Shown piece by piece: positions 36,482 to 46,075 of a DNA stretch of 52,212 nt. The notes beneath the pieces are model-generated. The model did no database searches. It saw nothing but the letters and a program-made list of their open reading frames with translations, and was not told where the DNA came from. The DNA lies in the IMG/VR virus record IMGVR_UViG_3300049830_000248, positions 1 through 52,212 of that record, one strand, 5' to 3'. This stretch comes from a virus. Its lineage: Duplodnaviria; Caudoviricetes. The position numbers were made by a program, and so were the translations under genes. Each line of letters opens with the position of its first letter. Positions within the stretch are counted from its first letter, which is position 1.

Positions 36482-37431
36482 AGATTCAAGTCCTTCTCCG
36501 AAATTTTCACCAGCATCGAAGCAGAATCGTTGCACCCGCAACTAGCGAGCCATCCGCCTTCATGCTCAATCGCGCCGCAAACAAAAACCACATTCGGCTT
36601 GTGATGATGCCGCGACGTATCGCCGCCGAGTTCCGACCCGCGCAAGATTGGACGCTTCGACACCGCGAGCATTTGAAACGGCGGCTCGGCCTTCATCAGC
36701 ATCGCTCCCAGATAATACCGATGGCGCAGGGGTGGCATTTCGTTCCGCATGGATGAATGAAAAAACCGAAGCAGTTTTCCTTGATACGGCAGCGGCACAG
36801 TCCCTCCTCGAATCTCGCCGAACGGCCAGCGCAACCCAGGAGTTTTCATTTCTCGCTTGTCCGCTGGCGTGTAAATCACCTGTTCGGGGATGTTGCGATA
36901 GATGATGTTCAGTTCATCGCCCCACGGCAGCGGCAGATGATTCTTTTCCATCGTCTGACGGTCGGGCAACCAGTATTCAAAGGCGTCGGATGCGCGCCAA
37001 TGGTCGGGCTTCGCCAGCTTGATGCACTTCGTCGAGGACGCCGGAAACGTAGGCCATGTTGACGAGACATAGCAAATCCAAAGCTCTTTTTTCCAGACAA
37101 AGGCGCGGGCATCTTCACAGGAATTGTCATCGCGCAAATCCAACTCTTGATTGCTGGTGACAATGAAATTGTCATCAAGTTCGGCGATGGCAAGCTTGGT
37201 CGCCGCCGTGGTGTCAGGATGGAAACGATAGACCATGAGCAGCTTTCCTTGAAACCGAATGATGGAGGGGTTGTAAGCACCCGCGAACAATCCTTCAACA
37301 ACCGTCGTCGGCAACTGCTCGGTGACGGCAGGCCATTGGGAAACGATGTTGTGCTTGGCAAGGAAGGCGTCCATTTCGCGCTTGTTATGCACGATGCGCG
37401 GCGGAACGAATTGTGTTTTAATTTCAGACAT
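36478..37431 (-). CDS. GH130-like five-bladed beta-propeller glycosidase/phosphorylase
   Basis: YNPSII, EDARAF, EKNH, IRGGT, VVFVCG, GCND motifs. Confidence 0.65.
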   Translation of the reverse strand: MSEIKTQFVPPRIVHNKREMDAFLAKHNIVSQWPAVTEQLPTTVVEGLFAGAYNPSIIRFQGKLLMVYRFHPDTTAATKLAIAELDDNFIVTSNQELDLRDDNSCEDARAFVWKKELWICYVSSTWPTFPASSTKCIKLAKPDHWRASDAFEYWLPDRQTMEKNHLPLPWGDELNIIYRNIPEQVIYTPADKREMKTPGLRWPFGEIRGGTVPLPYQGKLLRFFHSSMRNEMPPLRHRYYLGAMLMKAEPPFQMLAVSKRPILRGSELGGDTSRHHHKPNVVFVCGAIEHEGGWLASCGCNDSASMLVKISEKDLNL

Positions 37432-38683
37432 TCCGGTAAATCCCTCCGATTTCTTTTGCTCCATTCATCTTGAATAATTCCAGCAAGACCCTGCTCCAAT
37501 ACGAATCAGTCCCCATTACCATGTCTGGAATTTCTGGGAGTATTTTCTGCCAGAATTCGACCGGAGCGGCAAATAGGTCAACGCAGGGAAAGAATTCGTC
37601 GTTGCCTTTTTTGTCTCGGTTCATGCGAAAAGCGTAGCAGGGATACGGAACATTAAATAAAACATCCTGCGTATCTTCTCTTGTTAAAACGGCGTAATCA
37701 TCCTCACAAACTTGAAGAAACATTCTAATTGCGCCGCGCAGCATCGGAAAATGCTCTTTGTCTTGCAGGCAGTTTGCAGAATCCCGAAAACAAGCCCCAG
37801 GCTGAATTGCAAAGTGCTTAATGGTATCACCCTTTTTCAACCCACCATGATAAGCGTGGAAAAATCTGGTTTCTAAACCTATGTCATCAATCGCCGTGAA
37901 CAACTCCAAAGCGCGTTTCGGAAAATCAACATACCGGCAATGAAAGTGATGCGAAGGACGCCACGCCGAACCGTGCCAATAAAGCGGCTCGCTCTGAATC
38001 AGCGCCATCACCGGCAGCGTCGGCACGGCATACGCCAGATGCAGATGCGCCGTGTCCACCGTCACAATGCAATGCGCGGCCTCATAAAGCCCAAGCAGAT
38101 CATAAAACCTTTCGGCCTTGATGGTCGTAAGGTCAATAATGTTGAAATTCGGATAGTTGATTTGCAGAATCTTCAAGAGCAAATCGCGGTAAGGGAATGG
38201 CGATGAAACCGAGTCTGCGGCCACGAGCAGTATCTTTTTCTTCTTGCCCGCACCAAACCAGCCCTTCGGCATCCAACCTTTTTCCCGCTCTTTGTCCCTC
38301 TTATCGAACACCAGTGGCAGCTTGCCCCAATCCTTGAGCATCCCAGCCAGCTTCCATTGCTCGCGGTTGTGCGCGTCCGTCGCCGCGTGTTTTTGGCCTG
38401 CCGGCTCGTAAGCGTATTTCAAGACTACATCCTTCGGCGCGTTGGTCTGCGTGACGACGACATTGGGGCAAAGTTTCTTGGCCTGCTCGAACGCATCTGG
38501 AATTTCCCACGGATTTCCGTCGAAAACAATTTTCTCGACGTAGGAACAACCGTCGAGGACGGAAGCGAATTCGGCGCAGGCCATGATGCCGACTTTCAAA
38601 CCCTTCTGGGAGTCGGCGTAGGCCATCGGCAAAATGGAAACCAAATCGCCAGTTTTCGAGAGTTGAAGGTAAATCTTGTCCAT
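37424..38683 (-). CDS. Glycosyltransferase family 9-like (heptosyltransferase-type)
   Basis: KTGDLVSILP and IVTVDTAHLHLAYA motifs. Confidence 0.7.
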   Translation of the reverse strand: MDKIYLQLSKTGDLVSILPMAYADSQKGLKVGIMACAEFASVLDGCSYVEKIVFDGNPWEIPDAFEQAKKLCPNVVVTQTNAPKDVVLKYAYEPAGQKHAATDAHNREQWKLAGMLKDWGKLPLVFDKRDKEREKGWMPKGWFGAGKKKKILLVAADSVSSPFPYRDLLLKILQINYPNFNIIDLTTIKAERFYDLLGLYEAAHCIVTVDTAHLHLAYAVPTLPVMALIQSEPLYWHGSAWRPSHHFHCRYVDFPKRALELFTAIDDIGLETRFFHAYHGGLKKGDTIKHFAIQPGACFRDSANCLQDKEHFPMLRGAIRMFLQVCEDDYAVLTREDTQDVLFNVPYPCYAFRMNRDKKGNDEFFPCVDLFAAPVEFWQKILPEIPDMVMGTDSYWSRVLLELFKMNGAKEIGGIYRNV

Positions 38684-38931
38684 CAGTTACTCGCTGGTTT
38701 TGTTGTGCCAGAATCCGAACCAGCCACGCCTGCCAGCGGTTGCGGCTGGAACAGCTTTCCGTCGGTGTCACAAGGCGCACCCTTCTCACGCACATGGCTG
38801 CACGGCACAAAGAACGGTTCGCCCATGACAACATCGAGAAGTTGAAATTTTCGGCAGCGCGGTTGGTCGTCCTTGGCGGCGGGGACGAAGTAAGCGCAGT
38901 TTTTGCAGAATGGTGGTGTTTTGTTTTCCAT
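38683..38931 (-). CDS. Cys-rich hypothetical protein (82 aa)
   Basis: CKNCAYF...C...C..VR....C; operon spacing. Confidence 0.65.
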   Translation of the reverse strand: MENKTPPFCKNCAYFVPAAKDDQPRCRKFQLLDVVMGEPFFVPCSHVREKGAPCDTDGKLFQPQPLAGVAGSDSGTTKPASN

Positions 38932-38934
38932 AGA

Positions 38935-39120
38935 TTATTTCGGTTCGGGGTTTTCGGCCATGCGGCGGCGAAGTTCGTTGATTGCGTAACGTCCGACGGG
39001 ACGACCGCTTTCCCATCCCTCGTAGGTTCGCTGGCTAGCGCCGAGGATTTCGCCCATGTTCTTTTGTGGCCTTGCGCCGCGCCACTTTTTCAACTCTTTT
39101 GCGAACGGAGTTAATTTCAT
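38935..39120 (-). CDS. XRE-type HTH protein (61 aa)
   Basis: FAKELKKWR...QKNMGEILGASQRTYEGWESGR. Confidence 0.8.
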   Translation of the reverse strand: MKLTPFAKELKKWRGARPQKNMGEILGASQRTYEGWESGRPVGRYAINELRRRMAENPEPK

Positions 39121-39318
39121 TTCGGCGACTATCACGCAAACTGCGTAATCATGCAAGTGGTAATTTTGGGAATCGGTGGTAAATCTGAATTCAGAGCAAC
39201 GTAGCAGTCGCCGTTCTTGCTCCGGCAAAAGGTAGAACCGGACTCCACCACCCGGACAGGCAAATTCCCGAAAAACAACCGCCATGCTCGCGCATAGGCA
39301 CAACCAAAAGCAAATTTT

Positions 39319-40881
39319 ATGGCATTGACCTCAACACAGTGTAGCCAGTTCAACGACTATCTCGGTCGCCGCCCCTATCCGTGGGACAAGCGCATCGCCA
39401 AAGACCGTTACCCGCAGGAATTCATCTACGCGGGTATGTATTCCACGAAGAAGTGGGATAATTTCACCGAGACGCAAACACTCTGGGAACAGGTTCACGT
39501 CGCCCGTGCGAATGACCCCGGCCTGTGGGCGCAGTTCTTCACCGACCCGTGCCTGGGGACTCCGTGCAAAACGGACATCCGCTACATCGGCCACGGCGTC
39601 ACGCAGAAGAAATTCGGTCGTTACCGGCAGGAATACCGGACTTCCGTGTTCTGCCTCGACCAACTCAACTCCATTGAGGAAGCGCCGGCAAAGCTGGACA
39701 TCATCGTGGCCGGCTACAAGAACATCCCCGAAGAAGTCGCGGGCGGTTTCATCCGGCAGTTGTCACTCGTGAACGCCGGGGCAGTTTCCGAGGGCGGCGG
39801 TCTGTTCCTCGCGGGTCTGGCCGACAGCTCTGGCAACCCGGTTGCCATTGACTTTGATGCCTCGCTGCTCGCCATCAGTCACGGCGGCAACGCCGGCACG
39901 GACAACGGAATGTTCATCAACCTCAACGCCAATGGCGCGTTGACATCGCTCGTCACGAGCGGCGTCATTTCAGCGGCTACGACCGCCGCCCTCGTCGCCA
40001 AGATGGGGCAGTTGACGATGGAATACCTCGCCAATCAGCAGGAAGATTTGGCGATTGCCGGCTATCACGACCAGAAAATGTCTGTGGGCGGCAAGTTCGA
40101 GATCACGATGGACGGCACGACCAGCCGCAATCTCACGTCGGCGAATCAGGCGTTGACCGCGCTCTACAAGGCGACGGACTTCACCAAGACTGGTCAGTTC
40201 TACGGTTTGGGCGTTCAATCCGGCTGCGGCGACTGGCTTTTCAAGCGCGACAATATGCAGATGCGTTTCGCGTTCCGGGCCGATCTGGACGGCAAGAAGC
40301 TGGACAGCGGTTCGCTGGCGAACGCGGTCTGGCTGGAACAGGTTCAGCCGTTCGAGAACATCGCGGCCACCTTCGGCATCAAGCCGCGCCCGAACGCCCG
40401 CTGGAAGTCCGCTCCGGTGCGCCTCTACCATTGCTACAACCGCGATGCGCGCGAGGTTTATGTCGGCGACATTACTTCGGTCAACTCCGAAATGAAGTTC
40501 GGCCTGGCTCGCTCGTTCATGGGCAAATGGTCTTGGAAACATCCCGATTACTTCGTGGCCGTTGACCCGCTCACCGGCTCAAACTGCAGTTACGACAACG
40601 TGAAGCAGAATCAGGGCTTTTTCCTCGCCGAATACGACTTGGGCTGCAAAACGCTCTATCCGAACATCGAACGATGGATCATGGCGCTCGGCGAAGCCAC
40701 TCCGTATGTGCGCCGTCCGAACACCGTCACGCCGACCACGGCTCCGGCGAGCAAGACGGATTACCAAGCGTTGCTGGCCTACAACGCGCATTGCGCGGAC
40801 AACCCGACTTATTGGGGTGATTCGAGCATCGCGGAGCAGATGGAGTCGGATTACAACCCGCTCCTGCCGGACAACGATTGA
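39319..40881 (+). CDS. Probable major capsid protein (520 aa)
   Basis: Strong C/G-ending codon bias, first gene of a rightward unit, followed by a GC hairpin; size and context only. Confidence 0.6.
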   Translation: MALTSTQCSQFNDYLGRRPYPWDKRIAKDRYPQEFIYAGMYSTKKWDNFTETQTLWEQVHVARANDPGLWAQFFTDPCLGTPCKTDIRYIGHGVTQKKFGRYRQEYRTSVFCLDQLNSIEEAPAKLDIIVAGYKNIPEEVAGGFIRQLSLVNAGAVSEGGGLFLAGLADSSGNPVAIDFDASLLAISHGGNAGTDNGMFINLNANGALTSLVTSGVISAATTAALVAKMGQLTMEYLANQQEDLAIAGYHDQKMSVGGKFEITMDGTTSRNLTSANQALTALYKATDFTKTGQFYGLGVQSGCGDWLFKRDNMQMRFAFRADLDGKKLDSGSLANAVWLEQVQPFENIAATFGIKPRPNARWKSAPVRLYHCYNRDAREVYVGDITSVNSEMKFGLARSFMGKWSWKHPDYFVAVDPLTGSNCSYDNVKQNQGFFLAEYDLGCKTLYPNIERWIMALGEATPYVRRPNTVTPTTAPASKTDYQALLAYNAHCADNPTYWGDSSIAEQMESDYNPLLPDND

Positions 40882-40898
40882 GCGACGGTCAACCTTTG

Positions 40899-40925
40899 GG
40901 CGGGCTTGGGTGAACCAAGCCCGCC
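40899..40925 (+). terminator. Hairpin after the capsid gene
   Basis: GGCGGGCTTGG-GTGAA-CCAAGCCCGCC perfect 11-bp stem; no U-tract. Confidence 0.45.
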
Positions 40926-40943
40926 GTCAACCAATTCAAAAAT

Positions 40944-41201
40944 ATGATGACCGACAATCAAACGGGCGACGACGCTGGGGCAGCTTTGGCCGCTCCTGCT
41001 GCACCGGACGCCAGCGGCGGAAACACCTGCACCGTTCCGGTGGACTTGCTGCCAAACGCCAAGGTTGGGGACGAATTCAAGGTGCAATCCATCGCGGACG
41101 GCAACGTAACGCTCTCTTGCGAGGCGGCGGATGACGAAAGCGGTGAGGATTGGGGCAAGGGTCTGACACAGGCCGCTGCGCCCGGAGAGGAGGGGATGTA
41201 A
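40944..41201 (+). CDS. Small acidic protein
   Basis: 85 aa; shares EDWGKGLT with the scaffold C-terminus. Confidence 0.65.
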   Translation: MMTDNQTGDDAGAALAAPAAPDASGGNTCTVPVDLLPNAKVGDEFKVQSIADGNVTLSCEAADDESGEDWGKGLTQAAAPGEEGM

Positions 41202-41202
41202 C

Positions 41203-41625
41203 ATGGCCTTTGGAGCAAAAACACTTGTTGCTATTTCCGCGCCATCAATTCCACCAACGAGAACGAGCGCGGACAATCTGCTGACGGACATCGCCAAGTT
41301 CAATGCACTCACGTTGATTGAAAAGAAAGCCATCATGGTTCTTTGCTTGGCAGCAGAAGTAAATGCCACGCAGAGCATCGGCAACTACTCTCCGGCGTCT
41401 GGCTCAAAACTTGACGCATTGATGCAGGATTCAAATGCTTACATTGGCAACGTGCCAACCTCGGACTTGCTTTCGGCGCAGGCGGCAATCATGTGGCAAA
41501 ACTCGGCGAGTGGTTTGTCGAGCGACATTGACACTCTACGCGGGCAGGTTCAAGGGCTTGTTCAATACAGCGAGGAAGAACTTGACCGTTCGCTGCTTTA
41601 TTTGCGCTTGCTGAACGTATTCTAA
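41203..41625 (+). CDS. Hypothetical virion-region protein (140 aa)
   Basis: Tightly packed operon, GGAGG upstream. Confidence 0.7.
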   Translation: MAFGAKTLVAISAPSIPPTRTSADNLLTDIAKFNALTLIEKKAIMVLCLAAEVNATQSIGNYSPASGSKLDALMQDSNAYIGNVPTSDLLSAQAAIMWQNSASGLSSDIDTLRGQVQGLVQYSEEELDRSLLYLRLLNVF

Positions 41626-41628
41626 TTT

Positions 41629-41832
41629 ATGGACGCCGCCACCCTGCTTTCTGGTGCGATGGCAGGCGGCGCGGACGGATTAAGCCCGCGCGACTGCCTG
41701 CTTTGTCTGGCCTACGATTACGCCGGCGGAAACTCTGCGGCAACACAGCTTGCTACCGCCGTCGCCAGCGGATGCGACAGACTTTCAGACGGCGATTTAC
41801 AGAAATGCCTGGCTTCGGTCTTGAATCCTTAA
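41629..41832 (+). CDS. Small protein with two G-x-D-x-L-S-x-x-D repeats
   Basis: GADGLSPRDCLLCL and GCDRLSDGDLQKCL. Confidence 0.65.
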   Translation: MDAATLLSGAMAGGADGLSPRDCLLCLAYDYAGGNSAATQLATAVASGCDRLSDGDLQKCLASVLNP

Positions 41833-41836
41833 AACT

Positions 41837-42073
41837 ATGGACGCCACAACCACACTCGCATCGGCCATCAGCAACGGTTACGACCGTCTCTCTGACCGCG
41901 ATCTGAAACTCTGCATCCTTCAAGGGGCTTCTGCTGGCGGTGGCGGCACGGGTGCAACATTCGGCAACTATGCCGGCATTGCGCCCAATTTCACACCTAG
42001 CGGGGGAACCGGGCTGGCGGTGGACACTTCAAACGGAACAATCTGGTCTTATTACAACGGTGCTTGGCATTGA
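41837..42073 (+). CDS. Small paralog of the preceding gene with a fibre-like tail
   Basis: GYDRLSDRDLKLCI, GGGG linker, DTSNGTIWSYYNGAW. Confidence 0.65.
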   Translation: MDATTTLASAISNGYDRLSDRDLKLCILQGASAGGGGTGATFGNYAGIAPNFTPSGGTGLAVDTSNGTIWSYYNGAWH

Positions 42074-42077
42074 TTTT

Positions 42078-43799
42078 ATGAAAACATTCTTTTTTTTTAT
42101 CTCGGTTTTGTTGATGCCGGTTCTCGCTGACGCGGGGGTTGTGCTGAATACTCTGACCACAAACGCCAACCCTTCATTTGGAATTCAATCGGCTGGTGGT
42201 CAAGTTTATTCAACCAACTTCTTGACTGTTGCTCCTAATGGGATTTTGGCTACCGCTGCCCGTAATGGTGCGCCTTATCCAAATCTGTCAAGTGCGGTAA
42301 GCAACGCGCTAAATTTTGATACCATTTATGTGAATGGGATAACCAGTGACACGAATATGTGCGTGTTCACAAGTCAGAGCAATGCAATCATTTTTAACAA
42401 CGCGGCGAGAATTAACTACAACGGTGGTTCTTTTAATGGTGGCTCTTACGACTCGTTCTGCTATCTAAAGTTCGTCAACGGACTTCGAGTTTATTACGCC
42501 GACATAGAGCCTGTGGATTTCGGCCACTATTCAACGGTTACAGGGCCATTTACCAACGGTGTCGGAACAACGAATGTTTTGTTCTACGGATGCAAGCTCG
42601 TGGGGGTTGCTGATACGATTTACGACCGTTCGGCTAAACTTCAAAAGAATGTGGTGTTTGACTCCTGTTGGTTAGAATCGCAGTATGATATGTTTGCTAC
42701 TTTTAATTCTAGTGGCTTTATCTCTAACCCAAACTCAGATTATACGTTTAAGAACTGCGATGTTGTGTTAAATACGAATTGGGGTTCTAGTATTGGTGAC
42801 AAAGCTTGTTTTCGCAATAATGGAGCAAGTGTAAGTGTTCTCATTTCAAGGATTCACGCTTCAAACACAGGAACAAGTGTTGTGCATTCATTTGTAAATG
42901 ATGCTTATACAAGCTCTAAACTAACAACACTAAACAACATTCTTTATGTAGAGACTAATTCGGCGGCAACTTCCTATGACGACTTTACTTTGCTTGGTGG
43001 TTTTGGCGACCCTATTAACACCACGGCAGGGGGTAATCTACGCACAGACGGACAGCAACTTGTATTCAACAACGCTGGTTTCGAGACGATTCTTTTCCTT
43101 CCGTCTGCTTTTGGTGCGCTGTCATTCCCAATGGCGGATGTCAACTCTGGTCAGTGGCTAATGCTTCCGGCGACTGATGGTAATGGTAGTTTTATGATTA
43201 CAAACGCACCAACGCCAACGGGCGGAAATCCTGCGATGTTGTTCGCTTTTGCCAACCCTTCTGCGGGGACTATCAATTTTGGCGGTGGAGCGGTATTAAG
43301 TGGCAATGGCAACAGCTTTACCAATCTAAACGCGAGCAGCCTTGCGAGCGGCAGCGTTCTCCCCGCCCGTCTCGACGGCGTGAACCTGAATCTTGGCATC
43401 GTTAACGCCGCGAGCGGAACCTTTACGAACACATTCACCAATCGCGGCACGGTCTATCTGCCGACGAACACCGCGCCGTTCGCCACCGCATCAAACCCGA
43501 CCAATCAGTTCACCACGGGAGTCATCTATACAAACCTGCCGATGCAGACCGTCCTGCGTGGCGCGGCGGTGCTGACCGGCGCAACGGCTGGAACGGCCAA
43601 CATCACGCTCTGGCATACGAACAACGGCATCGGCTATCCCGTGCCGATGCAGCAGGGCGCGGGGCTTGCGTTCACCAGCGGCACGATGATAACCTTTTTT
43701 GAACCCATGTCGCCGAACGACACCTTTCAATTCGTCGCCGCGATGGGGACGGGCGCGAGCGGCTATATTACAAACGTCGTTTTGTGGAAAGTGCCATGA
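42078..43799 (+). CDS. Beta-helix tailspike/fibre-like protein with signal peptide
   Basis: MKTFFFFISVLLMPVLADA; PYPNLSSAV...DTIYV beta-helix cap; GNGNSFTNLNASSLASG fibre-like motif. Confidence 0.65.
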   Translation: MKTFFFFISVLLMPVLADAGVVLNTLTTNANPSFGIQSAGGQVYSTNFLTVAPNGILATAARNGAPYPNLSSAVSNALNFDTIYVNGITSDTNMCVFTSQSNAIIFNNAARINYNGGSFNGGSYDSFCYLKFVNGLRVYYADIEPVDFGHYSTVTGPFTNGVGTTNVLFYGCKLVGVADTIYDRSAKLQKNVVFDSCWLESQYDMFATFNSSGFISNPNSDYTFKNCDVVLNTNWGSSIGDKACFRNNGASVSVLISRIHASNTGTSVVHSFVNDAYTSSKLTTLNNILYVETNSAATSYDDFTLLGGFGDPINTTAGGNLRTDGQQLVFNNAGFETILFLPSAFGALSFPMADVNSGQWLMLPATDGNGSFMITNAPTPTGGNPAMLFAFANPSAGTINFGGGAVLSGNGNSFTNLNASSLASGSVLPARLDGVNLNLGIVNAASGTFTNTFTNRGTVYLPTNTAPFATASNPTNQFTTGVIYTNLPMQTVLRGAAVLTGATAGTANITLWHTNNGIGYPVPMQQGAGLAFTSGTMITFFEPMSPNDTFQFVAAMGTGASGYITNVVLWKVP

Positions 43800-45037
43800 G
43801 AATCTTTTTTTACACACTTCTACTCGCGGGTTTTTGCGTTCGGGCGCAGACGAACTTTCAAGACCTGCTCGACAACGGCGTTCCAAAGACGCGGATGCCT
43901 TGGATGCCTGCCTCGGCAACCGGCGATATGTCCACCGCCACGAACCTGATTCATTTCCTGGTGATTCAGGTCAACGGCGATTATACCGTCACGGCGGCGG
44001 AGGCGAACGCCATGTGGACGACGAACGTGATTTACAAGGTGAACACCGCTGCGAGCAACATCGCGCTGACATTTCCAGCGACATTCCCGAACACGTTCAA
44101 GGCCATCAACGCCGGAACGAATCAGGCGATTATGACGGCGGCGAACGGCAACACCTTTATGCTCGCGCCTGCGGGCGGCGGAATCAGCTACATGACGACG
44201 CTTGTGAACAAGGACGTGCTGAAGTGTCAGGAGTTCTTCATGTTGACGGCGACGAACTGCGTCGTGAGCGGAGATTTCCGTCCGCTGCCGAACTTCATCT
44301 ACAACGTGACGAACAACCTGCCGCTGCTGACCGCGCTGGCCGCAGGCGATGGGAGCGCGCTGTCGGGCGTGACGGCGGCTGTTCCCGCTTCGGCCACGAA
44401 CCTTTTTCTGATTACAATTCCGGTGTCCGCCACGAACCTGTTTTTAATCACCATCCCAACATCGGCCACGAATCAATTCCTCGTCACGATACCGACCGGC
44501 GCGACGAACAGCTTCCTTGTCACCGTGCCGTCGTCCGCCACGAACCAGATGACGCGGACGAATGACGCGACTTGGTTTGACGCGAAGGGCGCGGCTACGG
44601 CCAGCACGAACGGGTTTCCTTGGGGAAGCCTCTACTACGGCGCGGCCAATCCAAGCGGGTTTATTTCCACCGTCCCGGCGTCCGCCACCAACACCTTCAC
44701 GCGGACGTTCAGCACGAACTTCGTTTCCGGCGTGCCGTTCACGAACAACTACGGGCGCGAGATTGATGTCAGTGTGGTAGTCACCAACATCTGCCCGCCC
44801 GCCGCCATTGGACGTGCGGGCATGGAATTGTGGCTGGCCTACACCAACGGCGGCGTGTTCGTCGCGGTGGATTCCCGCGTGGTCGGGACGTTCGCCTTGA
44901 GCCTCGGCAGCACGAACCAGGTTCTCCTCAAGACGAGTGTGCCGACGAACGGCGTCATCGTGTTCACGAACTTGTCCAGCGGCGGCAACAACAACGCCGT
45001 GCTGCGGAACAACAGCGGTCAAATCGTCATCAAATGA
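43796..45037 (+). CDS. Thr/Asn-rich fibre-like protein with signal peptide
   Basis: MRIFFYTLLLAGFCVRAQ; internal 12-aa repeats. Confidence 0.65.
   Translation: MRIFFYTLLLAGFCVRAQTNFQDLLDNGVPKTRMPWMPASATGDMSTATNLIHFLVIQVNGDYTVTAAEANAMWTTNVIYKVNTAASNIALTFPATFPNTFKAINAGTNQAIMTAANGNTFMLAPAGGGISYMTTLVNKDVLKCQEFFMLTATNCVVSGDFRPLPNFIYNVTNNLPLLTALAAGDGSALSGVTAAVPASATNLFLITIPVSATNLFLITIPTSATNQFLVTIPTGATNSFLVTVPSSATNQMTRTNDATWFDAKGAATASTNGFPWGSLYYGAANPSGFISTVPASATNTFTRTFSTNFVSGVPFTNNYGREIDVSVVVTNICPPAAIGRAGMELWLAYTNGGVFVAVDSRVVGTFALSLGSTNQVLLKTSVPTNGVIVFTNLSSGGNNNAVLRNNSGQIVIK
44381..44550 (+). repeat. Degenerate 36-bp coding tandem repeat (P-x-SATN-x-FL-x-T-I/V, about 4.5 copies)
   Basis: VPASATNLFLITIP-VSATNLFLITIP-TSATNQFLVTIP-TGATNSFLVTVP-SSATNQ. 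Confidence 0.85.
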
Positions 45038-45624
45038 ATCTCCACAACTCACACAACGTCCAGCCGAAGTCGCTGTCCGTGACGGGCTGGTGCGTCATCG
45101 TCGGCCTGATCCTGCTCTGCCTGATGGCGAAGTCGCAAGGCCAGCCGTATTCCGAAAGCAATCCGCCCGTGCTGCCGGACGTTAAAATCTCGCCGGGCGC
45201 AGTCGCCACGAACGGCGCGACAGTGGAACAGGTGATGGTCGTCGGCTTCACCAAGACCGTCCGCAACGTGCCGGATTCGGAAAAGAAACAGGTATTCATC
45301 CGCTACTTCGGTCACGTCCCCAAGAACCCCGGCGCTTTCGAGATTGACCACATCATTTCCTGCGAACTCAACGGAAGCCAGTCGGTTGAAAACCTTTGGC
45401 CGCAATGCTATTCTGGCGTCTGGAACGCGCGCGTGAAGGACCATCTGGAAAACGTCCTCGCGGCGAACGTGCGGAAAGAACTCGCGGCGAACGGACACGA
45501 CGCGGCGGAAAAACTCTTGATTCGTTACCAGCAAGAGGTTTCAAATAACTGGACGAACGCCTTCGCCAAATACGTCGGCGACCCGACGAAGGCAAAAACC
45601 AAACACGGAAAGGCAACCGAATGA
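45034..45624 (+). CDS. Exported or membrane-anchored HNH-like protein
   Basis: Hydrophobic N-terminal segment; LPD...PGA, EIDHIISCELNG...NLWPQ...KDHLEN. Confidence 0.65.
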   Translation: MNLHNSHNVQPKSLSVTGWCVIVGLILLCLMAKSQGQPYSESNPPVLPDVKISPGAVATNGATVEQVMVVGFTKTVRNVPDSEKKQVFIRYFGHVPKNPGAFEIDHIISCELNGSQSVENLWPQCYSGVWNARVKDHLENVLAANVRKELAANGHDAAEKLLIRYQQEVSNNWTNAFAKYVGDPTKAKTKHGKATE

Positions 45625-45722
45625 AAATCTCGTTCGCAAAATCGCTGCTCATCGTCATCGCCTGCGGCTTCATGGTGGTTCGCGGTCTGGCGGAACTTGG
45701 CAAAAATCACCGAGAAATATGA
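45621..45722 (+). CDS. Small membrane peptide (33 aa)
   Basis: MKISFAKSLLIVIACGFMVVRGL...; ATGA overlaps on both sides. Confidence 0.5.
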   Translation: MKISFAKSLLIVIACGFMVVRGLAELGKNHREI

Positions 45723-46075
45723 CAACTGATATGCAACAACCAAGGGATAAATTCGAGGAGAGCGTGATGACCATGTTGGTCGGATTTGGAAACAAGCTGG
45801 ACGATTTGCAAAAGGCCATATTTGCCGTCGAAAAGGTTTCAGCGACATCAACCCGCGTTGACAACATCCGCATGGAAGTTCAAGCCGAGAAAGAGGAGCG
45901 CCACAAACTAGAGCGACTCATCGAAATGCGCCACGCCGAGCTTTCAAAAGAGGCAGCGGTTGAGATCGCAAAAATAAGAACATTTGTTTGGGGCGTTGGA
46001 ATGGCGTGGACATTTGTTTGCGCCATCGTCGTCGCCGGTTGGGCAATCTACACCTACACGCACCCGCATCCGTGA
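45719..46075 (+). CDS. Coiled-coil protein with C-terminal transmembrane helix
   Basis: FVWGVGMAWTFVCAIVVAGWAIY tail; lysis-module-like position. Confidence 0.65.
   Translation: MTTDMQQPRDKFEESVMTMLVGFGNKLDDLQKAIFAVEKVSATSTRVDNIRMEVQAEKEERHKLERLIEMRHAELSKEAAVEIAKIRTFVWGVGMAWTFVCAIVVAGWAIYTYTHPHP

Noticed and set aside
44381-44550. Diversity-generating retroelement repeats
   Set aside because: These are tandem coding repeats without adenine-specific variation, and no reverse transcriptase is present.
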